A DNA stretch of 64,000 bases. Origin: a virus (taxonomy: Duplodnaviria > Caudoviricetes). The notes under the pieces were generated by a model. The model saw only the letters and a list, made by a program, of their open reading frames with translations, was not told where the DNA came from and ran no database searches. The position numbers were made by a program, and so were the translations under genes. The DNA is taken from the IMG/VR virus record IMGVR_UViG_3300025892_000008; one strand, written 5' to 3'. The first letter of the stretch is position 1. The number at the start of each line of letters is the position of its first letter. Shown piece by piece: positions 38,707 to 47,520 of this stretch.

Positions 38707-39687
38707 CTAAAATATCATGCTAAACAGCAATGCTTTATTTTTACTTATCAATTCATCAGTGTCATTATTAGTATTTCTATAGTATAAACCAGTATTACCA
38801 ATACCAGGTTGCTTAGAATATTGTACTGTTGAATCTGGAATATATGCAGGATCAACAGCAATTTGATCTAACTGTAAACCGTAATTTAATCTTACTTTAC
38901 CTGTTCCGTTTGTCTGTAAAAATATACTATCATTGGTGTTGTTTACAGTAATAGTAGGACTTCCTGGTTCACTTTGATTAAATTCTAATCCTTGTATTAA
39001 TGCTCTATTTGCATAGAATTGTGTGTTAAGTGTGTTATCAACCAATACGCTTACAGCACTTTCGCTATATGAACTGTAACCTGTATTGTCAATTAAGTAT
39101 TGTAATGATCCTGTTACTTCTTTATCTGTAACAATAACTCTTGTATTATCATCGATAATTTGGAAAGTTGGATTGTCTCTAATAGAATCATCTACATATT
39201 TTTTATTTGGAATATCGTCATCATCAGTAATTTGATTTTCGTAATCTGTAGTTCCTGTAACTGTAATAACACCTTGGCCATAACCTATTAGTTCTAGATC
39301 AGGACTAGACGTATCTGTTGTAATTTTTTTTAATCTTAAAGTAGTATTGTAATTAAATGTTGATTCAGGACTACCTGTTGCTAAATTAAATGAATCGTCA
39401 TTTTCATCCCAAAAGAATGAAGCAGGATTAAGACTGCCTCTATCTACTTGTAAACCTGAATATCTTAAAGATACACCTGCGCCTGTTTCACCAAAATTTA
39501 ATTGTATTATATTATCTTTTACGTTTAGGTTTTCTGCTTCTACAGTAAGTGTGTCACCTTCAACGATAAGATCAGAAGTAACAATTACTTGTCCGCCTGA
39601 ACTTGGAGGACCAACGTCTAGTCTAACAACGCCGCCTTCTTTAGTTTTGATGTTATAATCACCGTTTGTTTGTAGAAACTGTCCCAT
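38707..39687 (-). CDS. Tail/baseplate structural protein
   Basis: DLIVEGDTLTVEAENLNVKDNIIQLNFGETGAG...GLQVDRG motif of fibre-type proteins; ends ALLFSMIF. Confidence 0.55.
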   Translation of the reverse strand: MGQFLQTNGDYNIKTKEGGVVRLDVGPPSSGGQVIVTSDLIVEGDTLTVEAENLNVKDNIIQLNFGETGAGVSLRYSGLQVDRGSLNPASFFWDENDDSFNLATGSPESTFNYNTTLRLKKITTDTSSPDLELIGYGQGVITVTGTTDYENQITDDDDIPNKKYVDDSIRDNPTFQIIDDNTRVIVTDKEVTGSLQYLIDNTGYSSYSESAVSVLVDNTLNTQFYANRALIQGLEFNQSEPGSPTITVNNTNDSIFLQTNGTGKVRLNYGLQLDQIAVDPAYIPDSTVQYSKQPGIGNTGLYYRNTNNDTDELISKNKALLFSMIF

Positions 39688-40050
39688 CTAAATACCTTTA
39701 AGTAAAACTATACGTTGAGATGAATCATCATCAACTTCCCAGTTATAGTTTATATTTACAAAATCTTTCATTACGTTATCAATAATTTCTTTTATAAAAA
39801 CCCAAACACTTGATTCTAATACTAATCCTGATAATGTCATTTCATTATCTTTTAATTCACTTGTTTGTTTTTTAACAAGTTTACAAACGCCTACGTTTCC
39901 TTCTTTATCTTCTACCTTAAACTCTGAGTTTGAAATTTGTGCTAAGACGTTACCGTTATGGCACGCCTTAGCACTTTCAATTTTAACTGAAACAACCAAG
40001 TTTTTTAGATTTTTTAAGAAATCCCAAAATACATTAATTGGTGGTTCCAT
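39688..40050 (-). CDS. Hypothetical protein, distant paralogue of 40063-40512
   Basis: G.V..Q.....F.V......C.L......L...EM..S pattern shared with the neighbour. Confidence 0.5.
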   Translation of the reverse strand: MEPPINVFWDFLKNLKNLVVSVKIESAKACHNGNVLAQISNSEFKVEDKEGNVGVCKLVKKQTSELKDNEMTLSGLVLESSVWVFIKEIIDNVMKDFVNINYNWEVDDDSSQRIVLLKGI

Positions 40051-40062
40051 CCTCAGTTATCC

Positions 40063-40512
40063 TTATGCGTCTTCTGTGAAGTCGTCGTCATCAGTGCCGA
40101 TCAATGTGTTGTCGTCACCTGCTTCTTCAACTTGTGCTGCGCCATCTGAAGTAGATGCTGCAAAGTTCCAAGGAACAGTAACACCGTCATACAAGTTAGT
40201 ACCTGTTGCACTAGGTGCTGATAGTGTTGCTTTCTTCCCAGAAATTTTACTTACTGTGTATGTTTCTGCATCGTCCATTTTGAATGAAATTGACATTTCG
40301 CCTGCTGCTAATGCTGCTGGTAATTTACCAGTTGTTAGCACACAAGTATATTCGCCTGCTGTTTCAATTTCTTCGCATACAAATTTCTTTGAACCTTTTT
40401 GCTTTACGATATAACCTTCTTTAACTGCTGTGTCGTTATGAAAGTTGACTTTGATTTCAGATCCAGCCGCTGTTGGCGTTCCGAATAATCTTTTGTTAAG
40501 TGGTCTTCCCAT
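40063..40512 (-). CDS. Probable virion protein downstream of the major capsid gene (MGRPLNKRLFG...)
   Basis: Strong AGGAG RBS, own late promoter and leader; function unknown. Confidence 0.55.
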   Translation of the reverse strand: MGRPLNKRLFGTPTAAGSEIKVNFHNDTAVKEGYIVKQKGSKKFVCEEIETAGEYTCVLTTGKLPAALAAGEMSISFKMDDAETYTVSKISGKKATLSAPSATGTNLYDGVTVPWNFAASTSDGAAQVEEAGDDNTLIGTDDDDFTEDA

Positions 40513-40616
40513 TTGTTTTCTCCTATAAAAAGTAGTCCCATCCGGGTTCTATCCGGTACGCTGTGGGTTAAACAGCATAAGTCCGCCACATTATGCGGCT
40601 CGCTATCTGACACAAG
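40513..40616 (-). ncRNA. Structured 5' leader (candidate cis-regulatory RNA)
   Basis: GC-rich ~100 nt after ATAAATA (40617-40623): GCATAA/TTATGC, ATGCTGT/ACAGCGT and CCGG-ATAGAAC-CCGG stems. Confidence 0.5.
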
Positions 40617-40619
40617 TAT

Positions 40620-40907
40620 TTATCCTTTACTCAGTAAAGCCATTAGTTCAACTTTACTAATAGTGTTCATTAGCGTATTGATTTTATCTATTTCGCTTTG
40701 TGCAGATTCTATATATCTGTCTTTCTTTGTTTGTTTGTACTTGATCAAAAAATCCATATAGTTTTTCATATGAACTTCTATTGAGTTTTGTATTGACCGT
40801 ATATCATGTGTAAACATAGGAAAGCGTTTACGCCATTTAGTTAATTGGTCTCGTAATTTGTTAAAGTCTTCATGACTTTTTATTTCAAGCATATGTATAT
40901 TTAACAC
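40620..40907 (-). CDS. Hypothetical helical protein (~95 aa)
   Basis: ORF after the capsid-gene terminator; no recognisable motif. Confidence 0.55.
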   Translation of the reverse strand: MLNIHMLEIKSHEDFNKLRDQLTKWRKRFPMFTHDIRSIQNSIEVHMKNYMDFLIKYKQTKKDRYIESAQSEIDKINTLMNTISKVELMALLSKG

Positions 40908-40922
40908 TCAAAGTCAAGTCAT

Positions 40923-40953
40923 AAAAAAAGGGCGACATAAATGCCGCCCTTTT
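40923..40953 (-). terminator. Rho-independent terminator after gp23
   Basis: Minus strand AAGGGCGGCAT-TT-ATGTCGCCCTT followed by a U-run. Confidence 0.85.
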
Positions 40954-40979
40954 AAACACTGTAAAGTGTAGTTTATTGC

Positions 40980-42152
40980 TTACGCAAATCTTAGGTTCGC
41001 TGATGTTACAGCCACTTTACCTAAGTAGTCTGCCGCATTACCAAGAGATGATGCAGTGTTTGTTAACTCTACATAACCATATCTTGTCATGAAACTTACT
41101 ACTGGCTCAAAAGTGCCTGGATCAAGAACCACACCGCTTGACATCAATGGGATGTATGGGCAGTAAAACGCTGCTGCGTCTGATTCGCTTGAACCTTTGT
41201 AACCAACAATTACATCGTCTGATGTAGCATAACCGTTAACATACACTTTCATCGCACTGTTTAAAGTTCCTACAAACTTAGTGTTTGTTGGTGCTTCAAA
41301 AGTACCTTCAGTTGTTCTTGCAAACGCTGAAGTTGTAGCAGATTGTAACAAAGTTAATACTGTTGGTGAAACAACAGCCCAGTTACCTGCGCCACGACGT
41401 GTACGCTGTGCAATCAAGTTAGCAACTCTGTTGATTTGAACTGCAAGTGCTGCGTGTTCATCACCAACGAAAGTAGCAGTACCTGACACTGCGCCTTGGT
41501 CGTATGTTAATGCGGCTGTACCAGCCAATGTTGATAAAGAAGTAATCACTTCCTGATCGATCTCAGCAGTAATTTCCTGCGCTAACGCAGCCATTACTTC
41601 AGCCTCGATATCAATCCCTTGCTGTGCTTGTGCATCCTGAGCAGCCTCAAAAGTCCAGCGAGCTGATAACTTACGAGTTTTGGCTTCAACAGTTTGCTTC
41701 AAGATTTGAATTGACAGTCTGTTTCCTGCTTCACCTTCTAGAGATGCAGTAGAACCAGCCTTGATGTCATCATTTCCTGAATAACCTTCAGCAATTTTGA
41801 AAGGTGATAATGCTTCTTCACCTGCAGTAGCATTCGTTCCAGACGCTGAAGTAAAGTTATCTGCATAACGTACTCTTAACGTGTGGATCTGTCCTACTGG
41901 TCCAGTCATTGGTTGAACACCAACTAATTCATTTGCGATGACAGTTGGCATTACACGTCTGATAACTGGTAAAATGACGCGATTTAGTGTTGCGACGTTG
42001 CCGGCAGAAGTTGCACCTGCTGTAGCACTCTCTGACAAATACTTACGGGTATTTTCCAGAGTGGTTGCCATAACAGTACGCTTGTTACCATTTAACCCTT
42101 CTAAAAGGGCGTCTTTGGTTTCTGACCAGCGTGACTCTAATAGTTGTGACAT
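40980..42152 (-). CDS. gp23: Major capsid protein (T4 gp23 family)
   Basis: LPVIRRVMPTVIANELVGVQPMTGPVGQI, KTRKLSARWTFEAAQD, EITAEIDQE and FYCPYIPL...TRYG motifs. Confidence 0.95.
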   Translation of the reverse strand: MSQLLESRWSETKDALLEGLNGNKRTVMATTLENTRKYLSESATAGATSAGNVATLNRVILPVIRRVMPTVIANELVGVQPMTGPVGQIHTLRVRYADNFTSASGTNATAGEEALSPFKIAEGYSGNDDIKAGSTASLEGEAGNRLSIQILKQTVEAKTRKLSARWTFEAAQDAQAQQGIDIEAEVMAALAQEITAEIDQEVITSLSTLAGTAALTYDQGAVSGTATFVGDEHAALAVQINRVANLIAQRTRRGAGNWAVVSPTVLTLLQSATTSAFARTTEGTFEAPTNTKFVGTLNSAMKVYVNGYATSDDVIVGYKGSSESDAAAFYCPYIPLMSSGVVLDPGTFEPVVSFMTRYGYVELTNTASSLGNAADYLGKVAVTSANLRFA

Positions 42153-42164
42153 TGTTTGTTCTCC

Positions 42165-43268
42165 TTAAACTTTTAGTCCCGCAAGCCTGCGGATGTCAAA
42201 AATCTCAGCGGTTTTTTGCTCTGATCCGCCGATTGCTTGTGCCTGTGTTTTATCGCCTGTTACTTCTTTGCCTTCTGTCAGCGCCACCTTTTTCATTTGA
42301 GGTACATTTCCTTCCATTACGGCAGAAATATACTTGTCAAAGGTTGCGTGTAGTTTATCTGTCTGCACAGATTCTAAAAGTTCGCCCATAACTTCACGCT
42401 TTTCTTTTGAAAGCGGTGACATAAGTTCTGCCATTGCTTCCTTTCTTTGCGCTGAGTTATTCATACGAGTTATTTCAGTATCTTTGCTTTCAACTAGTTT
42501 CTCAGCATCAGCCGCTTTGGCTTCTGCTTCTTTAACTGCTTCTTCTTTCTGTTTTACAACTTTAAGAAGTTTGGCTGTTTCAGATTTTTCATTAAGATGG
42601 CTAGTTGCATATTCGCTTGCAAAACTTTCAAAAATTCTGCGACCAAAATCATTCGTGCGTGCAGCCTCGATATCTTCTTTTAATTGAGTCATTTCAGAAC
42701 GCAGTCCTTTTGAAACTGTTTCCTGAATTGCTTCAGATGCTTTGTTGATAAATTGTTTCTTAACATCTTCAAATTTAGCCTTGCTATCTCTAACAAGTTT
42801 AACTTTGGTTTCAGCAAGATCCTTTTTATCAGCATGGAATTCTGCGATTTCTTTCGCCAATGAATTCACTATAAAAGATTCTAACTTGGCAACATTGCCC
42901 GCTACATTCTTACGGTCTTCACGAAGTTCACCTAGTTCCTTTTTAAGGTTGTTAAGAACGAATGATTCCATTGCTTTGGAATCGTCTTTAATCTTCTTAG
43001 CATACTTGGCTCTAGCCTCGATAAGTCCTTGACGGTCTTCAGCAAATTCAGATAATTCAGCAGTAATTCTGTCTGAAAGCATCTTATCTACTGCTTCAAC
43101 CATTGCAGTTTTATCGTGCTCATACTTCGATGCAAATTCTTCACGTAATTGTGTAGAGATTGTGTCGCGGTTTTCTTGAACAGCAGTTCCCCAAGCGGAT
43201 TCAATCTCCGACTTAGTTTCCTCGGAAATCACATTGTTTTCAAACAATTGTTTAACAAAGTCTAGCAT
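42165..43268 (-). CDS. gp22: Prohead core scaffold protein
   Basis: Coiled-coil, charged, located between protease and capsid genes. Confidence 0.8.
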   Translation of the reverse strand: MLDFVKQLFENNVISEETKSEIESAWGTAVQENRDTISTQLREEFASKYEHDKTAMVEAVDKMLSDRITAELSEFAEDRQGLIEARAKYAKKIKDDSKAMESFVLNNLKKELGELREDRKNVAGNVAKLESFIVNSLAKEIAEFHADKKDLAETKVKLVRDSKAKFEDVKKQFINKASEAIQETVSKGLRSEMTQLKEDIEAARTNDFGRRIFESFASEYATSHLNEKSETAKLLKVVKQKEEAVKEAEAKAADAEKLVESKDTEITRMNNSAQRKEAMAELMSPLSKEKREVMGELLESVQTDKLHATFDKYISAVMEGNVPQMKKVALTEGKEVTGDKTQAQAIGGSEQKTAEIFDIRRLAGLKV

Positions 43269-43280
43269 GTGATATTCTCC

Positions 43281-43907
43281 TTAAGATTTAAGACCTTGAA
43301 TTAAATTTTTCAAGCTCTCTGCTATATAACGTTGTGCCTGTGCGTCGCCTTGTACTTCTTGTGCTACTTTAAATGCCTCGTAACCACCTTTATTATTCAT
43401 AAGGTGTTCATAAACTGGTGTTGGATAGGCGCCTGGAGCACTTGGTTGTGCTACCACATCCACAGTAATAATTTCAAATCCTTGAACATTACCACTTGGA
43501 TCTACTTCGCCTGATCCTCGACTAGAAACTCCTAACTTAACTCCCGAATCCAACATGGTCGAAACTAATTGACCCATTGGAGTTGGAAGCATTTTAAGTT
43601 TTCCGTAGCCGTTAGGACCGTCCATCCACATTTTTGTAATCATGTGAGATACACGGTCGAGGTTGATACGTAAATCTTGAGGATGATCAACTTCACCTAG
43701 CACTGAATACCCCCCAGAAATCTGTTCGTTGAGCGTCTTGACAGCCCTATCAATTTCTTTCGAAGAATAAACACGCTGGTTAGCATTACGAATGTCACCT
43801 TGAATACAGATGCCACTTAAATGTAATGTTTTACCCTCGCCTTCATCACGTTCTACGACGATTTTAGCCTGGTCGAAGCTCAGATGTTCTTGTAGGTTAG
43901 TTTTCAA
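43281..43907 (-). CDS. gp21: Prohead protease
   Basis: GICIQGDIRNANQRVY, GEVDHP, RVSHMI, GVSSRGSG and DVVAQPSAPGAY motifs. Confidence 0.92.
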   Translation of the reverse strand: MKTNLQEHLSFDQAKIVVERDEGEGKTLHLSGICIQGDIRNANQRVYSSKEIDRAVKTLNEQISGGYSVLGEVDHPQDLRINLDRVSHMITKMWMDGPNGYGKLKMLPTPMGQLVSTMLDSGVKLGVSSRGSGEVDPSGNVQGFEIITVDVVAQPSAPGAYPTPVYEHLMNNKGGYEAFKVAQEVQGDAQAQRYIAESLKNLIQGLKS

Positions 43908-43922
43908 CCTTAGTCTCCTCTA

Positions 43923-44819
43923 TTATCTACGACCACGGAAAATTGATTGCTTGTTGTCAGCAGTCTCAGCAGCGCCTTTCTTTTCTGCACCGTGTCCTTT
44001 TTCATTGGACATCTTCGTTGCATTTTTGCTACCTGGAGTGTTAACATTGCCGCTTGCAATATCTTTAGGTGTAATATCTGCTAATCCGCCGTCATTTTTA
44101 CCTGACTCTTCACCACCTTTTAAGATGTTAGCACTTGTTCCACCCATGTCGTTCTTCATGTTATCAACAACTGATTTTTTGTTGTCTGCTGTGTCTGCGC
44201 TACCTTTTGTTTCAGCACCGTGTCCACCTGCAACTTTTTCAACATACTCACGCATTGTTGCTAATTCAGCATCGCCTTCTGGGTCAGCAGATGATTCTGG
44301 AGCAAACATTTCTTCTTCTTTTTCTGCATCCATGTCCATCTCATCGCCTTCTTCGCCTTTAATTTCGTCGAATTTTGACTGTAGTTCATCAACGATTGAA
44401 TCTAAATCCTGGAATAACTCTTCTGGCTCTTTATCACCTTCTTCGCTATCACCTGTAATGTCTGTTTCTAGATCGTCGGTTTTATCGCCGCCCATAGCAT
44501 CCATTGGATCTTCGTCGTCTGCTTCTATAGCAACTTCTTCAAATTCTTCGTCAACTTCTTCGTCTTTATCAGATGCTTCATCTACTTTTTCGTCTTCTGC
44601 ATCGTCATCTTTTGACGCTTCGTCTACTTCTTTGTCTTCTGCATCGTCATCTTTAGATGCTTCGTCAACTTCCTCATCTTTTACTTCTTCTTCGATAAGG
44701 TCTTCATAAATTTCTCTTGATTTTGATACCACGTACTCGTGGAATAACTCTTCTGCTTTCGCAGCATCGTCGTTAACCAAATGCTCAAGCATTTGCTCTA
44801 ATGTTGTTTTATCTGCCAT
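43923..44819 (-). CDS. Highly acidic prohead core protein (gp67/gp68-like position)
   Basis: D/E-rich with tandem EVDEASKDDDAED repeats; GTAAATA at 44861-44867; upstream of gp21. Confidence 0.6.
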   Translation of the reverse strand: MADKTTLEQMLEHLVNDDAAKAEELFHEYVVSKSREIYEDLIEEEVKDEEVDEASKDDDAEDKEVDEASKDDDAEDEKVDEASDKDEEVDEEFEEVAIEADDEDPMDAMGGDKTDDLETDITGDSEEGDKEPEELFQDLDSIVDELQSKFDEIKGEEGDEMDMDAEKEEEMFAPESSADPEGDAELATMREYVEKVAGGHGAETKGSADTADNKKSVVDNMKNDMGGTSANILKGGEESGKNDGGLADITPKDIASGNVNTPGSKNATKMSNEKGHGAEKKGAAETADNKQSIFRGRR

Positions 44820-44915
44820 TGTATTCTCCTATATATAATTGGTAAGGCTGTTTGTTAATGTATTTACATTTTACTTATAAAATTGGGGTAAAAAGGGTGT
44901 TTTTTGATTCATTTG

Positions 44916-45554
44916 TTATTGATATATAGTTCCTTCGAAGGTTTTACCAAATTCTTCGATAGAAAGGTGTTTTAAGTTAGAATATTGTGGTCCTAACTTA
45001 TCAGGTATATATGCTCCTGAAGTTATTACTCTATGAAACTGTGTATGTGGAAATTCTTTGATTACTTTTTCTGTTTGTGATAACCAATTACCAAAGAAAG
45101 TAGCAGAATCAGTACTTTTTTTGTAATTATGTGTGTCTGCGTACACATTATTAAACTTTCCTTGCAGTCCTTGATAGTCAAAACCGTGAATATAAATGTT
45201 TTTATGGCCGTTCTTTGCAGCAAACCATAGTGCTGTAGGCCCACTACTCCAACCTTTATGTGGATTAAATAGGTTTATTTTTTGTCGATCTTTGATACCT
45301 TTGTTAGGATTTGTCCATACAGTACCTTTGTTTGCATACCCTGAATCAATTAATTCATTAACCATCTTAACATCAACAGCAACAATATAATGAGGATCGA
45401 ATTCTCTATACTGGGCATTGCACCCGTATACTGTTCCTATATCTAAAAGAGATTCACACTTCACATGTAATCTGCTCTTGCCATTGCCAAGAACAAATGC
45501 TATATCTTTGTGTACAGATTTTGGTTTATTCTTCTTGCTCAACTGGTGTTCCAT
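44916..45554 (-). CDS. Maf/DUF115-like putative glycosyltransferase-fold protein
   Basis: AFVLGNGKSR, YGCNA, YIVAVD and SSGPTALWFAA..GHKNIYIHGFD motifs. Confidence 0.5.
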   Translation of the reverse strand: MEHQLSKKNKPKSVHKDIAFVLGNGKSRLHVKCESLLDIGTVYGCNAQYREFDPHYIVAVDVKMVNELIDSGYANKGTVWTNPNKGIKDRQKINLFNPHKGWSSGPTALWFAAKNGHKNIYIHGFDYQGLQGKFNNVYADTHNYKKSTDSATFFGNWLSQTEKVIKEFPHTQFHRVITSGAYIPDKLGPQYSNLKHLSIEEFGKTFEGTIYQ

Positions 45555-45765
45555 ACATTTGACTTATGAAACCCGCTTCGCTTTGCTTTTCTGCATCATG
45601 GGCTTCTGCTTGCAAGCGCAGTTGATTTATTTGACCCAAAGTAAGTTTAATTTTTCTAGTATCATCTAATTCAACAACAGATGAATCTTCTTTGTTGTCG
45701 TATCTACGATCAACAGCAAAGTCGTTTATCTCATCGTTAAAATAAAAAAATTCTTTCAAAAGCAT
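45526..45765 (-). CDS. Small head-module protein (79 aa, MLLKEFF...)
   Basis: Late promoter ATAAATA at 45771-45777; follows the portal gene. Confidence 0.6.
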   Translation of the reverse strand: MLLKEFFYFNDEINDFAVDRRYDNKEDSSVVELDDTRKIKLTLGQINQLRLQAEAHDAEKQSEAGFISQMYGTPVEQEE

Positions 45766-45777
45766 ACTTGTATTTAT

Positions 45778-47475
45778 CTATGCAGGAGTTTCTGCTCCGG
45801 CATCTCCCTCTGGTTGCTCTGCTGCGGCTGCAACTTCTTCTGGTGCTTCAGCATCTTGTGTTGCGGCATCTGCTGCTATACCACCTGGGGTAATACCTGC
45901 GCCTCTTAACTCACCAGCAGCATCTTTGTCAACTCCGACAAGATTACTTCCGTTTTCTTCACGCCATAGTCTTTCGTTTTCTTTTATCTCTTCTTCAGTT
46001 AAACCTAAGTAACGTTTTAGTGCAAAACGTTTTGATAAGTGCGGAACTTGTTGTAGTGTTCCAAAAATATTTGCTCTTGTTGTATCTAACTCTGCTTGTC
46101 TGTATGCTGCAAAGTTTTGTGGTGGATTAAATTTTAATTCAAATAAACTTGGATCAATATTGTATCCGTTTTTAGACAACCAAAATTTAAATTCGTGATC
46201 AAAAGATTCTACAATATTACTTTGTAGTCTTTCGCAATATCTATTAAATCTTAGTTCTTGAATATATGCTGTTCCTACTTTACCATCTGAAACTGTATTT
46301 GCTTGTTCATCAACTGATGTTGGCAAATAACTTGCTGGAATACGTAAAGCTCTAAACAGTTTATTAGTAAAGTATTTTAAATCTGTAATTTCGCCTAGGT
46401 TAGTTCCACCTGGTAATGTTTCAACTTTAGAACCTCTTCCTTCTGCTGTTTGTGGAAAGAAGTAATCTTCGTTAGTTGATAGTGGATTATAACTTGCGTC
46501 AATAACACTAGTTCCGCCACCTGTTGAACTAGGAATACGTCTTTGTTGTATTTCGTTTTTAACTTTTTCAACAAAACTCATTGCCATGTGTGCAGGCATG
46601 TTACCTACATCAACATAAAAAATTCTTCTTTCAGGAGCACGTTGTATTCTATAAATGATAATTGCGTCTTCTAGTAATTCTTTTTGCTTGTAAACTTTAA
46701 ACACACTTTCAAGTAATGAATTACCAAATGGATAGTTACCGTCTAATCCTTCTGATAAACTGATGTGCATAATATGTTCTGCATCTACAGTTACTTCATT
46801 TTGTGCATTTTGAAAACGTGTACCTGGCGGTTGTGCTGCATCGCCAACCATTCCTCTACCAAATCCACCGCCGCTTGTGTATGAACTTGTTCCGCTTGGT
46901 GATGTGTTTGTTGTACCGTGTGGTGTAGTTGCTACTAAATTTTTAAAGTTAAAGTTAATATCTTTTACAACATACTGCTCAGGAAGTTTTCCTTCGGATT
47001 CGTTAACAATAATTTTAGAGACTTTTGCTTGATCCACATATAACAACTTTCTAGTTTCTGGATCACGCATGAAAAAACAATCGCCATATTTGAATACATT
47101 TCTTACTATTCTAAAAATTCTATTTTCTAACTGTTGTATTTTACACCATTTTTGTAATGCTTCTTTTATAAGTTTTGTTTCTACTCCTGTCGGAGCATTT
47201 CTAAAGAAGCAATGGAAAGGAGTAGCATTTTCTTTATCTTTACCTGTACAAAATTCTGCAAGAATATCTAATGCTGCATTTACTTCTGAATCCATATCCA
47301 TTGTGTCGTACTGCATATATTTTTCAATACGATTTGGACTTCCTGCATATACGTCAGGTAAGTATGATGAGTAGTTAGACCGTGCAGGACCGGGACGTCC
47401 ACCGCCACTAATTGGGCTGTATGATCCTGATTGGTTTTCGGTATTAACCGGTGTAAAGTATTTTTTCCAACTCAT
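45778..47475 (-). CDS. gp20: Portal protein
   Basis: MDMDSEVNAALD, LEDAIIIYRIQRAPERRIFYVDVGNMP, EDYFFP...GRGSKVETLPGG and YF..KL.RAL.IP.S motifs. Confidence 0.95.
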   Translation of the reverse strand: MSWKKYFTPVNTENQSGSYSPISGGGRPGPARSNYSSYLPDVYAGSPNRIEKYMQYDTMDMDSEVNAALDILAEFCTGKDKENATPFHCFFRNAPTGVETKLIKEALQKWCKIQQLENRIFRIVRNVFKYGDCFFMRDPETRKLLYVDQAKVSKIIVNESEGKLPEQYVVKDINFNFKNLVATTPHGTTNTSPSGTSSYTSGGGFGRGMVGDAAQPPGTRFQNAQNEVTVDAEHIMHISLSEGLDGNYPFGNSLLESVFKVYKQKELLEDAIIIYRIQRAPERRIFYVDVGNMPAHMAMSFVEKVKNEIQQRRIPSSTGGGTSVIDASYNPLSTNEDYFFPQTAEGRGSKVETLPGGTNLGEITDLKYFTNKLFRALRIPASYLPTSVDEQANTVSDGKVGTAYIQELRFNRYCERLQSNIVESFDHEFKFWLSKNGYNIDPSLFELKFNPPQNFAAYRQAELDTTRANIFGTLQQVPHLSKRFALKRYLGLTEEEIKENERLWREENGSNLVGVDKDAAGELRGAGITPGGIAADAATQDAEAPEEVAAAAEQPEGDAGAETPA

Positions 47476-47487
47476 AACTTATCCTTT

Positions 47488-47517
47488 ATTATACAGTCTG
47501 TATATATTGTTTGTCAA
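47488..47517 (-). promoter_or_regulatory. Sigma70-type promoter TTGACA-N18-TATAAT upstream of the portal gene, with a 7-bp inverted repeat
   Basis: -35 at 47512-47517, -10 at 47488-47493; TATACAG-T-CTGTATA at 47490-47504. Confidence 0.6.
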
Positions 47518-47520
47518 CCA

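Noticed and set aside
40513-40616. HDV-like or hammerhead ribozyme (leader ends ...GGAUGGGAC)
   Set aside because: No complementary GUCCCA strand or nested pseudoknot, and no CUGAUGA/GAAA core.
40885-40920. Sigma70 promoter (TTGACT) before the 95-aa ORF
   Set aside because: No acceptable -10 at 16-18 nt spacing.
47490-47510. LexA/SOS box before the portal gene
   Set aside because: The CTGTATA half-sites point outward (ACAG-T-CTGT), not CTGT-N8-ACAG.
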